From Massalongia carnosa (lineage: Eukaryota), in assembly GCA_965645245.1 (NCBI GenBank), contig OZ287072.1:434001-498000 (forward strand): a DNA stretch of 64,000 nucleotides. The letters are read 5' to 3'. The notes under the pieces are model-generated. The model was not told the origin of the DNA. It searched no databases and saw only the letters and a list, made by a program, of their open reading frames with translations. Below, one piece after another: positions 37,440-48,050 of this stretch (its first letter is position 1; each line of letters starts with the position of its first letter). The translations under genes were made by a program, and so were the position numbers.

Positions 37440-39518
37440 ATGGCATCTGTTTCTTCTCTTGACAAAGAATTGCGTAACTCACGCTTGGGAAAGTATACAC
37501 CTCAAGCTGCGGCAGAGGTGAGAGGATGGATTGAGGGAGCTTTGGGGGATCGGATAGCTGCGGGTGACCTCCTTGGGGCCTTGAAAGATGGCGTGGCTCT
37601 TTGCAAGTATGTATGTGATGTTTCAGGGCGTGTGGGTATTATTATAAATAACCATGGCTTACGGAAAGCATTTAGGCTCGTCAATCTTGCATCCAGTGGG
37701 CCGGGCGTACGGTACAAGGAGTCGAAAATGCCATTCGTTCAGATGGAAAACATCTCCCATTTCCTCCGCGCCTGTCAATCACCTCCGCTTAGTCTTCAAC
37801 CGCATGACATCTTCCAAACAGTCGATCTTTACGAGGCCAAGGATCCAGCCCAAGTGTTGCAATGTATTGTGGCATTCAGTAGAAGAGCCTGTGCACTCCA
37901 GCCCAGCCGATTCTCAAGCGTAATTGGAGCCAAAAATAAGGCCGGACCTATGAGCCCTCAAAGCACAGGCGGCTACTCTGCTAGTGGCGGAAATTACTCC
38001 AGAGCTAGGGGCACCAGTATCATCAATGACACCCCGACAACCTCAAATTTACTGCCACGTTTGATACGAGGAAGGGATAGCCCCGCAAGTGCTTCCGACT
38101 CAAATACACCAATTTCTAGGAAGTCTGGGGTGACAACCTCTCCCTCTGGCGGTGTGAGTAGCTGGAGCAAGAAAACCGACGAAGGGGCCACAACCCCTGC
38201 ATGGAACATACACCAGTATGGTTATATGGGAGGCGCTAGCCAAGGCAATCAAGGTATCACTTTTGGAGGACGAAGGCAGATTACTGCGCCCACCCCCATA
38301 GTCCCTAGTCTAGCCGAAAAGGAGCGCAAAAGCCGGGAGGAGACTGCCGAAGTAGAGAGGTTACAAATCCAAACCGAAGAAGCGGTTCACAACCGAAGAG
38401 TACAGCAAGAGCTTGAAGAGGAAAGGGATAGGGTGTCCGAGGAATCAAAGTGGGAGGAAGAGCGCAGGCAGCAGAATGCCCAAGCCCAAGCCCAAGCCCA
38501 AGCCCAAGCCCAAGCCCAAGCCCAAGCCCAAGCCGAGGAGGAAGAACGGCGCTGGAGCGCATCGGAGCGCAAGCAGATAGAGGACGAGGAAGCAGAGGCA
38601 CTGTTAGCAGAGCAGGAAGTTGAGGCCCGGGCGGATAAAGAAAGGCAAAACAAGCGAGCAACTAGCGACGCTCGCCTGAAAGGCCAGTATCTAAGTCAGT
38701 ATCACGCCGAGCAGCGTCACTTCCCGTCGTCCCTTGACTACGACCGATCTACCGACCAGGCCCGCATTAAAGAGCTCGAGCGCAAGCTCGACGAAGCCCG
38801 CGAACGCGAACAGCAGTATCAGCGCGAGCATCAAGAGCGTCCCCCCGCCAATACCGATCTCCAAGACCAGAACCAAAACAAAAATTCTACTTTGCAGCTC
38901 CTTCAGCCCCTTAATCCCTTCCTTGTAACAGTAGCGCGCCCTCTTCCCACCGCGCCTTCCGAATCTCCGGACAGCAGCATCGAGTTCGGGCGCTTAGACG
39001 CCGAGCGAGCCTTCCTGCGCCGCGAGTGGAACTCCCACACCAACAGCAGCAACGAAAACCCGCGCCCTCCGAACAGTTCCTCGCTGCCCCCACTACCTCA
39101 AGCTCCTCGCCCGCTTCCAACTCCTCAGTTCTCCAATTCTCCTACTTGCTCCTCTCTCCCCATCCGCCCTTTGCCGAATCCAAAAACATATGTCCCTCCT
39201 TCCCCGCGAAAACCGGCCGCAACCTCTTTCCCAGCTCCCACCTCCTCTCTCCTAGCCCGGGAGATGGAGCTTGATCGGCTACGTCAGCGAGAATGGGAGG
39301 AGGCACAAGAGGCAACAAGGGCTACTGCTTCTGCTGGTGGTGGTGGTTTGATTAAACCTGGGAACCCCATAGGTACGCAGCCTGGGGAGCGCGCGTGGGA
39401 TGTGCACCAATACGGCTATTTGGGGGGAGATAGTCAGAACCGTGGGGGGGCGGGGCTGGGGGTTGGGATGGCAGGAAGGAGGCAGATTGCAGGGCCGAGG
39501 GAGGAGATCAGGCGGTGA
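37440..39518 (+). CDS. Calponin-homology/transgelin-like actin-binding protein with coiled-coil and Pro-rich extension
   Basis: MASVSSLD, LKDGVALCK, PFVQMENISHFL, FQTVDLYE. Two calponin-type repeats (QYGYMGGASQ, QYGYLGGDSQ). Probable intron at 37607-37675. Confidence 0.92.
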   Translation: MASVSSLDKELRNSRLGKYTPQAAAEVRGWIEGALGDRIAAGDLLGALKDGVALCKYVCDVSGRVGIIINNHGLRKAFRLVNLASSGPGVRYKESKMPFVQMENISHFLRACQSPPLSLQPHDIFQTVDLYEAKDPAQVLQCIVAFSRRACALQPSRFSSVIGAKNKAGPMSPQSTGGYSASGGNYSRARGTSIINDTPTTSNLLPRLIRGRDSPASASDSNTPISRKSGVTTSPSGGVSSWSKKTDEGATTPAWNIHQYGYMGGASQGNQGITFGGRRQITAPTPIVPSLAEKERKSREETAEVERLQIQTEEAVHNRRVQQELEEERDRVSEESKWEEERRQQNAQAQAQAQAQAQAQAQAQAEEEERRWSASERKQIEDEEAEALLAEQEVEARADKERQNKRATSDARLKGQYLSQYHAEQRHFPSSLDYDRSTDQARIKELERKLDEAREREQQYQREHQERPPANTDLQDQNQNKNSTLQLLQPLNPFLVTVARPLPTAPSESPDSSIEFGRLDAERAFLRREWNSHTNSSNENPRPPNSSSLPPLPQAPRPLPTPQFSNSPTCSSLPIRPLPNPKTYVPPSPRKPAATSFPAPTSSLLAREMELDRLRQREWEEAQEATRATASAGGGGLIKPGNPIGTQPGERAWDVHQYGYLGGDSQNRGGAGLGVGMAGRRQIAGPREEIRR
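38478..38534 (+). repeat. Perfect coding hexanucleotide repeat (GCCCAA)9 encoding (AQ)9
   Basis: Read directly inside the calponin-like CDS. Confidence 0.95.
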
Positions 39519-39858
39519 TGGAGAAGGAAGACTTCGAGGATGGAATGGGAGCCAGAGTGAGAGAATTGATATGGTATTAACCAAGGACGTTTCTCGAAAG
39601 TCAAATGTTCCACCGCTATTTGTTAATTCTTGCGATCGGAGCTTTGCGCAGTGGCGGTTTCGTTAGGTGGTATAGGAGCATCGCTAGCGTAAAACTTTAC
39701 GGGAGTTTCTCTCCCAGGAATCCTCCATCCCATCCCCCAATCATCTAACCGCGCCTCTCCATTTCGACGCCCCTTGAAGGTGAATACATACTAGCAAGAA
39801 GTAGAAAAGACTTTCCAGCTCAAACAGTCACCCCCAATTCTTCGCTACTAAAAAATCC

Positions 39859-40901
39859 TTATCTTCTCTCCCCTCCCCCTCCCCCTTGACCTCCAAATGG
39901 ACCCCCCATCCCCATGGGAACCCCCATCCCCAAACCCATCCCCCCAGGTGGTGCGAACGGCCCCCCTGGCTGCGGAGGACCCATCCCTTGCCCTTGTGGG
40001 GGTGGCGGGAACCCTCCTGGTGGCATACGAAAATCGGCGGGAGGGAAGGGAAGCGGGGGCATGCTACCGTTTGCGGGGGGGAATGGGGGAAATGGCATGC
40101 CGCGGCCGGGAAGGGGTGCTATGGTGGGAAGGTGGTATTAGCGTGTGATAAGAATCCAGGTATAGAGAAGTCATCCATAAGGGACATAATGGACAAGGTG
40201 TGCATGGGAAAGGTAAAGAGGAAGCTTAGCCTACGAGGGAGAAAGCCGCCAGGACCTGGGTTTGGGGGACCGCCTGGTAGGCCGAAGGGAGGTGGGGGGA
40301 GGCCGCCTAGGTTAGAGATGAGATCAACATTCATTTGGGTCATCTTGAGTTGACAGGCACAATCACAAGCTTAAGGTTAGGATCATGGTATGAAGGAGCA
40401 AAAAACGTACCCGGAAAGCCAAACGGCGGAGGGGGAAACGGCTGTCCACCGCTGCCGCCGCCATGGGGGGCAAGCATAGGGTTTGCGCCAGGTTGACCTT
40501 CGGCTGCATATGAAGAGGTGATAGAATCGATGACAGACTGGGCTTTTTCGTGACCGATTTCTATGTGGAGAAATCCGTGCAGAAGCTATCAGTTATCTCG
40601 TTCCTTAAAGAAACCCACAGAGAGTTTTTGGTGGAAAAGACGTAGGGGATTGCGGACTTTGATAGTAATCGAGGACATTTCGCTCGTGATTCCGGCCGCT
40701 ATTGTGAGCTTTACGGACACTCATGGAGTCATGCGTGAGGTAGACATCACAGTAATCGCCTTTCAAGAAGGGAAAGAAGCGGAGGGCATTAGCGTTTAGG
40801 CTTGCTTGTGTGAGTAACAGGGCGGGACCTACAGAAGAGTGCTGGTCGGTCAGTCTGATGAGCGCGAGTTTTGTGAGGTGGGAAGACTTATATTTGGGCA
40901 T
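39859..40901 (-). CDS. YHC1: U1 small nuclear ribonucleoprotein C (U1-C; SNRPC/Yhc1), 6 exons including a 6-nt microexon
   Basis: Matrin-type zinc finger [25 protein letters not shown], then [21 protein letters not shown] and a Pro/Gly/Met-rich tail. First exons: 40901-40892, 40838-40833, 40759-40658, then from 40560. Confidence 0.95.
40839..40891 (-). other. 53-nt AT-AC spliceosomal intron (intron 1 of U1-C) with U2-type signals
   Basis: Minus strand ATGCCCAAAT|ataagt...actgac...cagcac|TCTTCT|gtaggt. Removing it restores the family N-terminus MPKFFCDYCD exactly. Confidence 0.8.
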
Positions 40902-41202
40902 CTTGTCGGAGCTCCCAAGAGCTCCTACTGTACGTGTCTAGGCAGGCAATTCTGAGTTGATTTGTTTCGAAGCAAGAGCAGAAATATTCTTTACACGATA
41001 CAGATACTCTATAGTAGGTAACTAACCCTATTCTACGCTAAGAGTGCAAGCGAGTATCTACTCCGTAGCGTGGATTTCAGTTTACTTCTTAGAATCGTAT
41101 TTATGGAGCTCATGAGTATCTATTTTCACCTAACGCGATTAAAAGGACAGCGCCCCTACACCAGGATTCCTACAAGTGGACGACAACGTATTGAATCTAT
41201 AC

Positions 41203-43116
41203 TCAACTTCTGTGCCTACTCCAAGCCTTCTGGGCAGCGCTAGACATCGGCCGGTAAGGTTCAATACCATATTCCCTATTCCTCGGGGGTCGTTCATGGG
41301 GCAGAGGGGGTTCGTAGTTACTGGATTTCCCATATGTCCCTCGAAAGGGGTAATGTGGCGAGACGGATCGGCGATCGCTCAGTCGATAGCCATATTGGCC
41401 CTGATCACGAATACTTGAGTATTCCCTACCCCGGCGGGCATCCCAGTATCCCTCTTCCTGAGACCCTCTTTTGCCCTCATCTTGATGTGGTTCGTTGATT
41501 GGTGTCAACAAGCCCGGCTGGTTTTTGCGCAAGTTTTGGTCGGCTATTCGAATTTGACCTTTGCGCAATTGCCTAGAAATTTTGGGACGGAAGAAGTTGG
41601 CCTTGTCATTATCACTATCGTCTGGCTCAACCGGCCTTTGCCGTTGAGCTCGACCTTTGATCATAATTCCACGTGGCGATTCGGTGGTAGATTCATAGTT
41701 GCCAGACAAGGACCATGTGCTGGTGCCCATCGGTTTTCCGGGCCTTCGAGTCGAGCAATCGTTACCTAGATGACCAGTTTTACCACATTCATAGCATCCC
41801 AGTTGAATAGCTTTCGCAAGCAAGCAGGACAACCAAGGGCGTCCAGACGTCCGCCATAAAATTTCGCAGTCGTCTTCAACATGACCAACGCGTTGACACC
41901 AATCGCACGTTATTTCTGACGTTGTAACAACGAGCTTATGAGGACAATCTAATGATTGATGGCCAAGCTCTCGGCATCGCCTGCACCTTTTGGCTTGCGC
42001 ACATTGACGGGTGAAATGATCGTTGTGTTTTCCACAGGTAGCGCAGTTTAAGCTCTCACACGTATCCGCAAGATGGCCCTCTCCAGCACACACCAAACAT
42101 TTAACTAGTTTATTGCGGTCCAGATTTTCAATACCAGTTGTCGGATAAAAATATCTTAGCTGAAGATTGAGCTCATCAGCATTGAGATCAGCTAAAACTC
42201 GTTGCTGATGCTCTCGAGAATTAAGATCCATGCCAAATGCCCCGGTGCTATCTACAGCTTGGGCTGGTTGACCTGATCGGGAGTATCTCATCATGGCATC
42301 CTCGTCTTCTGAATTACTTCGAGTTATTATGATGATTGATCCTCTATCCGTATCGGAATCCTGAACATTAGCTTCGGTAATTTCACCACTCTCTTGCCCG
42401 CTGCTTTGCAGATTTAGCACAACACCACCATCACTCTCAGAGTCCCCTTCGAACGGCGAACCATTTTTATTTAAGCTAGAGACCAATTCTGCTTGAACGA
42501 ATTTGGTTTCCGAGTTGAAGGCCGATATGCTGCTTTGAATTACATTTTCCGACTTGGCTACAACTGTTTCTGAACCATGAACTATAGATTCTTTGTTCTC
42601 AAGAGCTGAATCCAAAGTACCAGATAGTGTCAACGGAGGTTCTTCGAGCTGTAGAGGTTGATTAGATCGATGGTTCTGCGCTGCCGCCTGTATACTGGCT
42701 TGATCCAAAACTGATTCATCACTATTGGCCCGTCTCGGACCTCTTCCCAATGAAATTCGAATCTTTGCCTTGCTTCCAGAGTTCCAGTTGATGGATGGTG
42801 CTGCCCCTGCTTCATCTCTGTTGCAGGAATGTTCCGTGGGAATTGTCTCTTCCTGTTGGCCGGTGCAAGTGGAGTCCTTCTCGGTTTCCTTTATGTGACT
42901 CTGGCTTGATGTTACCAGGACTGGTTCAGTGACGTTAAACAAAACAGGGACTGGACTGTTGTCACGACCAGCTTCCCCATGTCTGATGCGCTTGCGCGAT
43001 GCTAAGTTGAATGGGTCGAGGTGGCCATTGCCACCAGGGGAGATAATTTCAGGTTCTCGTTTGCGGCCCCTAGATGCTATAGGGGAGCCGGGTTCCTCCT
43101 GCATATTAACATTCAT
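41203..43116 (-). CDS. Zinc-knuckle protein Air1/Air2-like (TRAMP complex, ZCCHC7 family)
   Basis: QLRYF followed by five CCHC knuckles (CLVC..GH...C, CATC..H....C, CRRC..GH...C, CDWC..GH...C, CYEC..GH...C), with the ILWR linker between knuckles 4 and 5. Confidence 0.88.
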   Translation of the reverse strand: MNVNMQEEPGSPIASRGRKREPEIISPGGNGHLDPFNLASRKRIRHGEAGRDNSPVPVLFNVTEPVLVTSSQSHIKETEKDSTCTGQQEETIPTEHSCNRDEAGAAPSINWNSGSKAKIRISLGRGPRRANSDESVLDQASIQAAAQNHRSNQPLQLEEPPLTLSGTLDSALENKESIVHGSETVVAKSENVIQSSISAFNSETKFVQAELVSSLNKNGSPFEGDSESDGGVVLNLQSSGQESGEITEANVQDSDTDRGSIIIITRSNSEDEDAMMRYSRSGQPAQAVDSTGAFGMDLNSREHQQRVLADLNADELNLQLRYFYPTTGIENLDRNKLVKCLVCAGEGHLADTCESLNCATCGKHNDHFTRQCAQAKRCRRCRELGHQSLDCPHKLVVTTSEITCDWCQRVGHVEDDCEILWRTSGRPWLSCLLAKAIQLGCYECGKTGHLGNDCSTRRPGKPMGTSTWSLSGNYESTTESPRGIMIKGRAQRQRPVEPDDSDNDKANFFRPKISRQLRKGQIRIADQNLRKNQPGLLTPINEPHQDEGKRGSQEEGYWDARRGREYSSIRDQGQYGYRLSDRRSVSPHYPFRGTYGKSSNYEPPLPHERPPRNREYGIEPYRPMSSAAQKAWSRHRS

Positions 43117-43328
43117 GCTACAGTAGGTCTAACTAGCTAACAGGATACTCCGTAGATAACATTCCAAGGTAACCGGGCTTTAGGGAAGGAGATTATGAGT
43201 TTGAACCAACTTAGTTAGGTAATCAACCAAGATGAAAGAGATGAACGCGGGTCCTCCGCGGTTAACGGTAACTTCTCTTACGAGTGGCGAGCGGAGAGGG
43301 TACGTATGCACGGGATGAACCCAGCTCT

Positions 43329-43397
43329 GTACTCTGTACGAAGTACTCTGTACGAAGTACTCTGTACGAAGTACTCCGTACTCTGTACCGGGTACTC
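43329..43397. repeat. 14-bp tandem repeat (GTACTCTGTACGAA)x3 plus degenerate copies in the Air1/Orm1 divergent promoter
   Basis: Units at 43329, 43343 and 43357, followed by gtactccgtactctgtac. Confidence 0.9.
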
Positions 43398-44180
43398 TAT
43401 ACTTTAGCGCTATTGAATAGTGTGATACTCTGTAAACACCCCGAGTACCCAGTGTGCTCTGTATCATTAATACTAGTATCATTGTATGGGTACCCTGTAC
43501 CCTGTACTTAGGTACCGTAGCTTAGTTACCTATTCTTGGCATCTTTTCTCGGTGTCTTCGGTCATATATCAACTATCTGTCTTACTCGCAGAAAATCGAA
43601 ACATCCCTTCACTTTTGATATCTCGTATTATGTATCTTCATACACTGACGTTGCCACTGGAATTTTTCTCAGCTCTCTCCTTCCAGGCGCTCTGAACTAT
43701 TATCTTTATCTGTCTATCTGGCTACATTCTGCTCAAAAGGTTAGAGAACATCTTCCCCACTTGTTTTCCTATTCTCAGACCGCATTCGGCCACATTCCAG
43801 CAACCTGGCCCATACCTGTAGCACCCGTCAATGTCACAATAAGGTAGCACAAGCCCTCAGGAAGATAATTCGTGCAAACCGGTGTGTCCAGAAGCTTCCG
43901 AAGATCTCATAGTCAAAGAGATAGCCTCGTCGTGCACATCCTTCTCCATTCTGATGCTTGAACAGCTTACTCCTCATCAGCTTGGAAACTCATTGGAGTC
44001 CAGGGACGCTATTCTATACACCTACTACTGCCTTGGCCCACTTGCCACGACCACATCGCTCATCGTGTATAACGACCGACCAATACCGCCAATCTGTCTT
44101 CCCTGCTTCTTCCCCGCACTTTATCTTTCGCCGCCAACACCAACTCCGCTCCACCCCAAAACTCATCGGGGAAATCCGCA

Positions 44181-44982
44181 ATGAGTGACGGAAAGAAAGG
44201 GCGAAGGCGGCGCTCTAGCAGTTTGATATATCAAGAACCGCCAGAGTCGATCGAGCATATGAGCGATCAGTCAGCTCTACCTAACCTCAACGCTAATTGG
44301 GTCAACGCAAAGGGTACGTCTAGGTTCAGATTGCAGGTTGTTTACGGCGCCGAGCCTCAGGTGGACTTATATGTTTCAAGCACGGATGTGAAATTCTGTC
44401 TAAGTTGCATCATAATACTATAATAACCCAGTGTGGCATTTATTCGTTACTTCGCTCAGGTTCTCTAAACTTCAGAACATATGCTGATGGTGTTTCTCTT
44501 GGTTAAGGTGCATGGACTATCCATGTCGTGCTTATAATAGCCCTCAAAATTCTATTCGACATCATCCCCGGTGTCTCTCAAGAGACATCCTGGACTCTCA
44601 CCAACATCTCCTACATGTTCGGTTCCTATCTCATGTTTCACTACGTCCGTGGTGTCCCGTTTGAGTTCAACGCCGGCGCATACGACAACTTGAATATGTG
44701 GGAGCAAATTGACAACGGGGATCAATACACACCCACAAAGAAGTTTCTCCTCAGCGTTCCGATAGTGCTGTTCCTGCTGAGCACTCATTATACCCATTAT
44801 GAAACGTCGTATTTCACGATCAATTTTCTCGCTGTCTTAGGAGTTGTTATTCCCAAATTACCTTCAGTATGTCCATCCAAGTACTTTCAATATGACCAGC
44901 GTTTACAAGGTGGCTAATACTATGTTCATAGAGCCATCGAATGCGTGTTGGGTTGTTTTCAGGGAGTCCGGAGGATCGATAG
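44181..44982 (+). CDS. ORM1: ORMDL/Orm1 serine palmitoyltransferase regulator, 3 exons
   Basis: RRRRSSS, DQSALPNLNANWVNAKG|AWTIH, FHYVRGVPF, WEQIDNGDQYTPTKKFL, PKLP|SHRMR. Stop TAG at 44980. Confidence 0.96.
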
Positions 44983-45726
44983 CGATGGAGCTTTCTTTGT
45001 TTGGTTGGTTTCGGTTCGGCTTGCGGGTGGGGAGGGGAAAAACTGTCCACAGAAGACACTGGTAGGATGTTCGGAAGGAATCGGTGAACAGAGCTGCCTT
45101 TCGTTGATATAGCACTAAGTTTGGTCCAGAAAGGATCAAATGGTGCTGAACATATCCTTTTCTACTATTTGTTACCTTAAAGACTCCGTGGCAGTCCATT
45201 GAAGCCAAAAGCTGTCGTGTCTCTTGATTTTCGTGTGTTCGCTCTCGTCCCGCCTTTTTACTTCCTCCCTAGAATCATTTCCTGTCAAACCTATCATTTT
45301 ATTTCCTACCTAGATATCTTGGCACTTTCAATCTCATTCCTACTCGTCGCTATTTATTTTACGCTCATCGCCTCATCTATTCTCATACCATTCCTTCTCA
45401 TCCTTTTCTCATCCTTTGCCCCCCTTTCCTGGCTCTGATGATCCGCAGCTCACCCCCTTCTCAGGTCAAGTCCAGCCTTGTCCTACTCCCATCATGCTAA
45501 TATTACTGATATAGGAAAATATGTTCTTGGAGCACTAGGATGGAAATGTAAGTCAGAGCTGTAAGCCAAATTAATCTGTAGTTTTCTTCTTCCAGTTCTC
45601 GAGAAGAAAGGGAGGAATGACCAAATATGAGAGAAAGGGGGGGGGTTGAGAAGCAAGGGATATAGGGATATAGGGATATAGAACTTTACCGTGGGCACAC
45701 GTAGAGGTAAAATCAAGTTACTCCAA

Positions 45727-45758
45727 GAGATCACGAGATCACGAGATCACGAGATCAC
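45727..45758. repeat. (GAGATCAC)4 tandem repeat
   Basis: Read directly. Confidence 0.9.
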
Positions 45759-47569
45759 GTTGCGAGACTGCCTGAATTTCTATTTGCAGATCTCAAACAT
45801 GACGTTAACATTGGAAGGAGAAGGGGGTGAAGAAGAAGAGTTATTCAAGAGATATATTGCTAAATAAAAAGACCAGAGAAAGAATCATAAGATCCAGATG
45901 ACTCAACAAGGGGGGGTGACAAGATGACCGGAGAGAAACCGCAACGCAGAAATAAATAATAATAATAACCCCCCAAAAGCCAATGGAATTGGAAAGAGAG
46001 CATGAGAAGTTTAATTCTACAGAGTAATTCACGACGAAAAAACCGCTTCGGTAATGCGAGTATATCGACAAGGTACCTCGCTATATACTTCCTATTTACC
46101 TATTTCTGCGCTGAATGAAAGGATTATTTTGATACTACCCCGCAAAACTTCCAAACTGATTTTCCCACAAGCATGCCCCCCGTTCGGAAAGTGATCCGTT
46201 AACAATTAACGAATGAATGAATGAATGAAATGACCTGATGATTTCCCCTACTGACCAAACCCATCCATCCACACCGACTCCCCTCTCCTCCATCCGTCAG
46301 GCATTCTCTCCTCCCGTCCTCCCAACCCCCCGTTCTTTTCTCTCTGTCTAATCCCCGCCACAAGAAGAAAACAGAAAAATAACCTGAAGCAATCGAGGAG
46401 GGGGGTATTTTTGTACAAAAAAGTCAAATCAAATCAGGAAAGCGGGAAAGAAAAGGAAAGGAGAAAAAACAGTAGCAGAGGTAAATCAAGGAGCTTTGAG
46501 AATAAATAGGAGGGGGTTAACTTGTCAGCTTCGGGCAATTCTTCTCGCTTTCTCCGTCTCTCTATATTGTCTCCTTTCCCTGTGTTTCCCCCGCACAACT
46601 AGAACTTCAAAATCGCTGAAAGTTAGTTCCCCCCCCCCGGGGAGGTAGATAGAGGAACTTGAAGGGTAGTTTTTCGTAAAGGACTGAGGCTGAGAATCAT
46701 TAGCGACGCGAAAGACTAGATGTCTATTGTGATATATGGAAGTTGTTTGTATCTTCATTCGATTCTCCCAATTCCCGAAAACTTCCACCCTCCTCTTGGA
46801 TCTTACCAACGTGAGCGATGCTTCAATAATATATCGCCGCCTTTTCTTCAACCCCTTTCCCGCTTTTCATGTAGATGTGCCATCTCCGGCAGCTAATCTT
46901 TCCGCCTTCTCCATGCCTGTGTTTCCCCTTTTCATTTATCGTGTTTGTTTTGGAAATATGAATGGTTGACCGTTAACTGGGGAAAAAACATTGAAATCTA
47001 TTGGCCACGAATCAAAGAGATTAGAAATGATAAATTCTATTTTCCGGTTTTATGAGGTTGTCAGAAATTCATTCCATGCTTTCAAGTGAAATCCCCATTT
47101 TCGCGATGACCTTAATAAGGTCGAAGATTAAGTATTCTATACAAGCCTGCTCGCAATTAATCCCAACTCTACATAGAATCTTTCTTTCCTATGCGCTCCT
47201 TCATCCTTACCTCCCTCTTCTTCCCAGGGCTTACTATTTAAAAAGCATCAGTTGAACGAAGCAGAGTAAAAACCTGTGAAAAGTCCATTGGGCATGGCTT
47301 AAGGATAGAAGGAATAAAAAATCCCCAAATGAGCTTTTCCCACTTCGCTGGGCCAATGATTATCCCTTCATCGGCCAGATAATAATCCTACTTCCTGTCG
47401 ACAACAAAAATTCCCCTCAAACCCTCTTGCAGGTGAGGGCCACAATAATGTTAGTGACGTAGCGCGTGAATCTTCCAACCGAGCCTCTCTGCAAATGAGC
47501 GATCCACTCAGTCTTCAGGTTTTCTTCTTCGTACCTTCTGTACACACATCGATCCATTCTTAAGTATCC

Positions 47570-48050
47570 GTTAACATCCTTGAGAAAAGCAAAGCCTGAG
47601 ACCTCAAGCTGATCACTCTCCATCATCCTTGAGACCGAAGTTTGCATCCTCGAAGCCGTCCTTCTCCACCACCAGCTGAGCTTCTGTAAAGGAAAGATCA
47701 ACCTAGGCATCAATCTTTCTCATCTAGCCATTCTCGAACACTCATTGTCATCTTCGAGATGAGCAAGGCCTGAATCCTCGGCCTCATCACTTTACACCAT
47801 CCTTGAGACAAAAGTTTGCATCCTGGAACCTGTTTCTCTTCACTATCCTTGAGAAGCCAGAGCTTGCTTATCAAGTTTCGTACTCTTCACCATTCTTCAT
47901 AAAGTCAAAACTTTTCATCCTTGGTTTTGTCCTTCCTCGCTATCCTTGACAAGGCTGAGTGGTGCATCCGCAAACCTGTCCCTCCTCAACATCTTTGGAG
48001 AGATCGAACCTTGTAACCTTGATCGTATCATTCTTTGACATTCTTTAAGA
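47570..48050 (-). repeat. Degenerate tandem repeat of about 45 bp, probably a decayed 15-aa coding repeat
   Basis: Recurring CATCCTTGA...TTTGCATCC. Minus-strand fragments VEKDGFEDANFGLKDDGE, LKDSEEKQ and VKDSEEGQ are broken by stops and frameshifts. Confidence 0.55.

Noticed and set aside
40839..40891. U1-C intron 1 as a U12-type (minor spliceosome) intron
   Set aside because: The donor is ATAAGT, not ATATCCTT, and there is no TCCTTAAC branch site. The signals are U2-type apart from the terminal bases.
40760..40891. A stwintron or an alternative GT donor (AA|gtcttc) explaining the U1-C 5' end
   Set aside because: That GT gives out-of-frame joins with the AG acceptors tested, and I could not build a nested-intron solution that yields MPKFFC.
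43329..43397. CRISPR-like array
   Set aside because: The 14-bp units are directly adjacent with no unique spacers, in a eukaryotic context with no cas genes.
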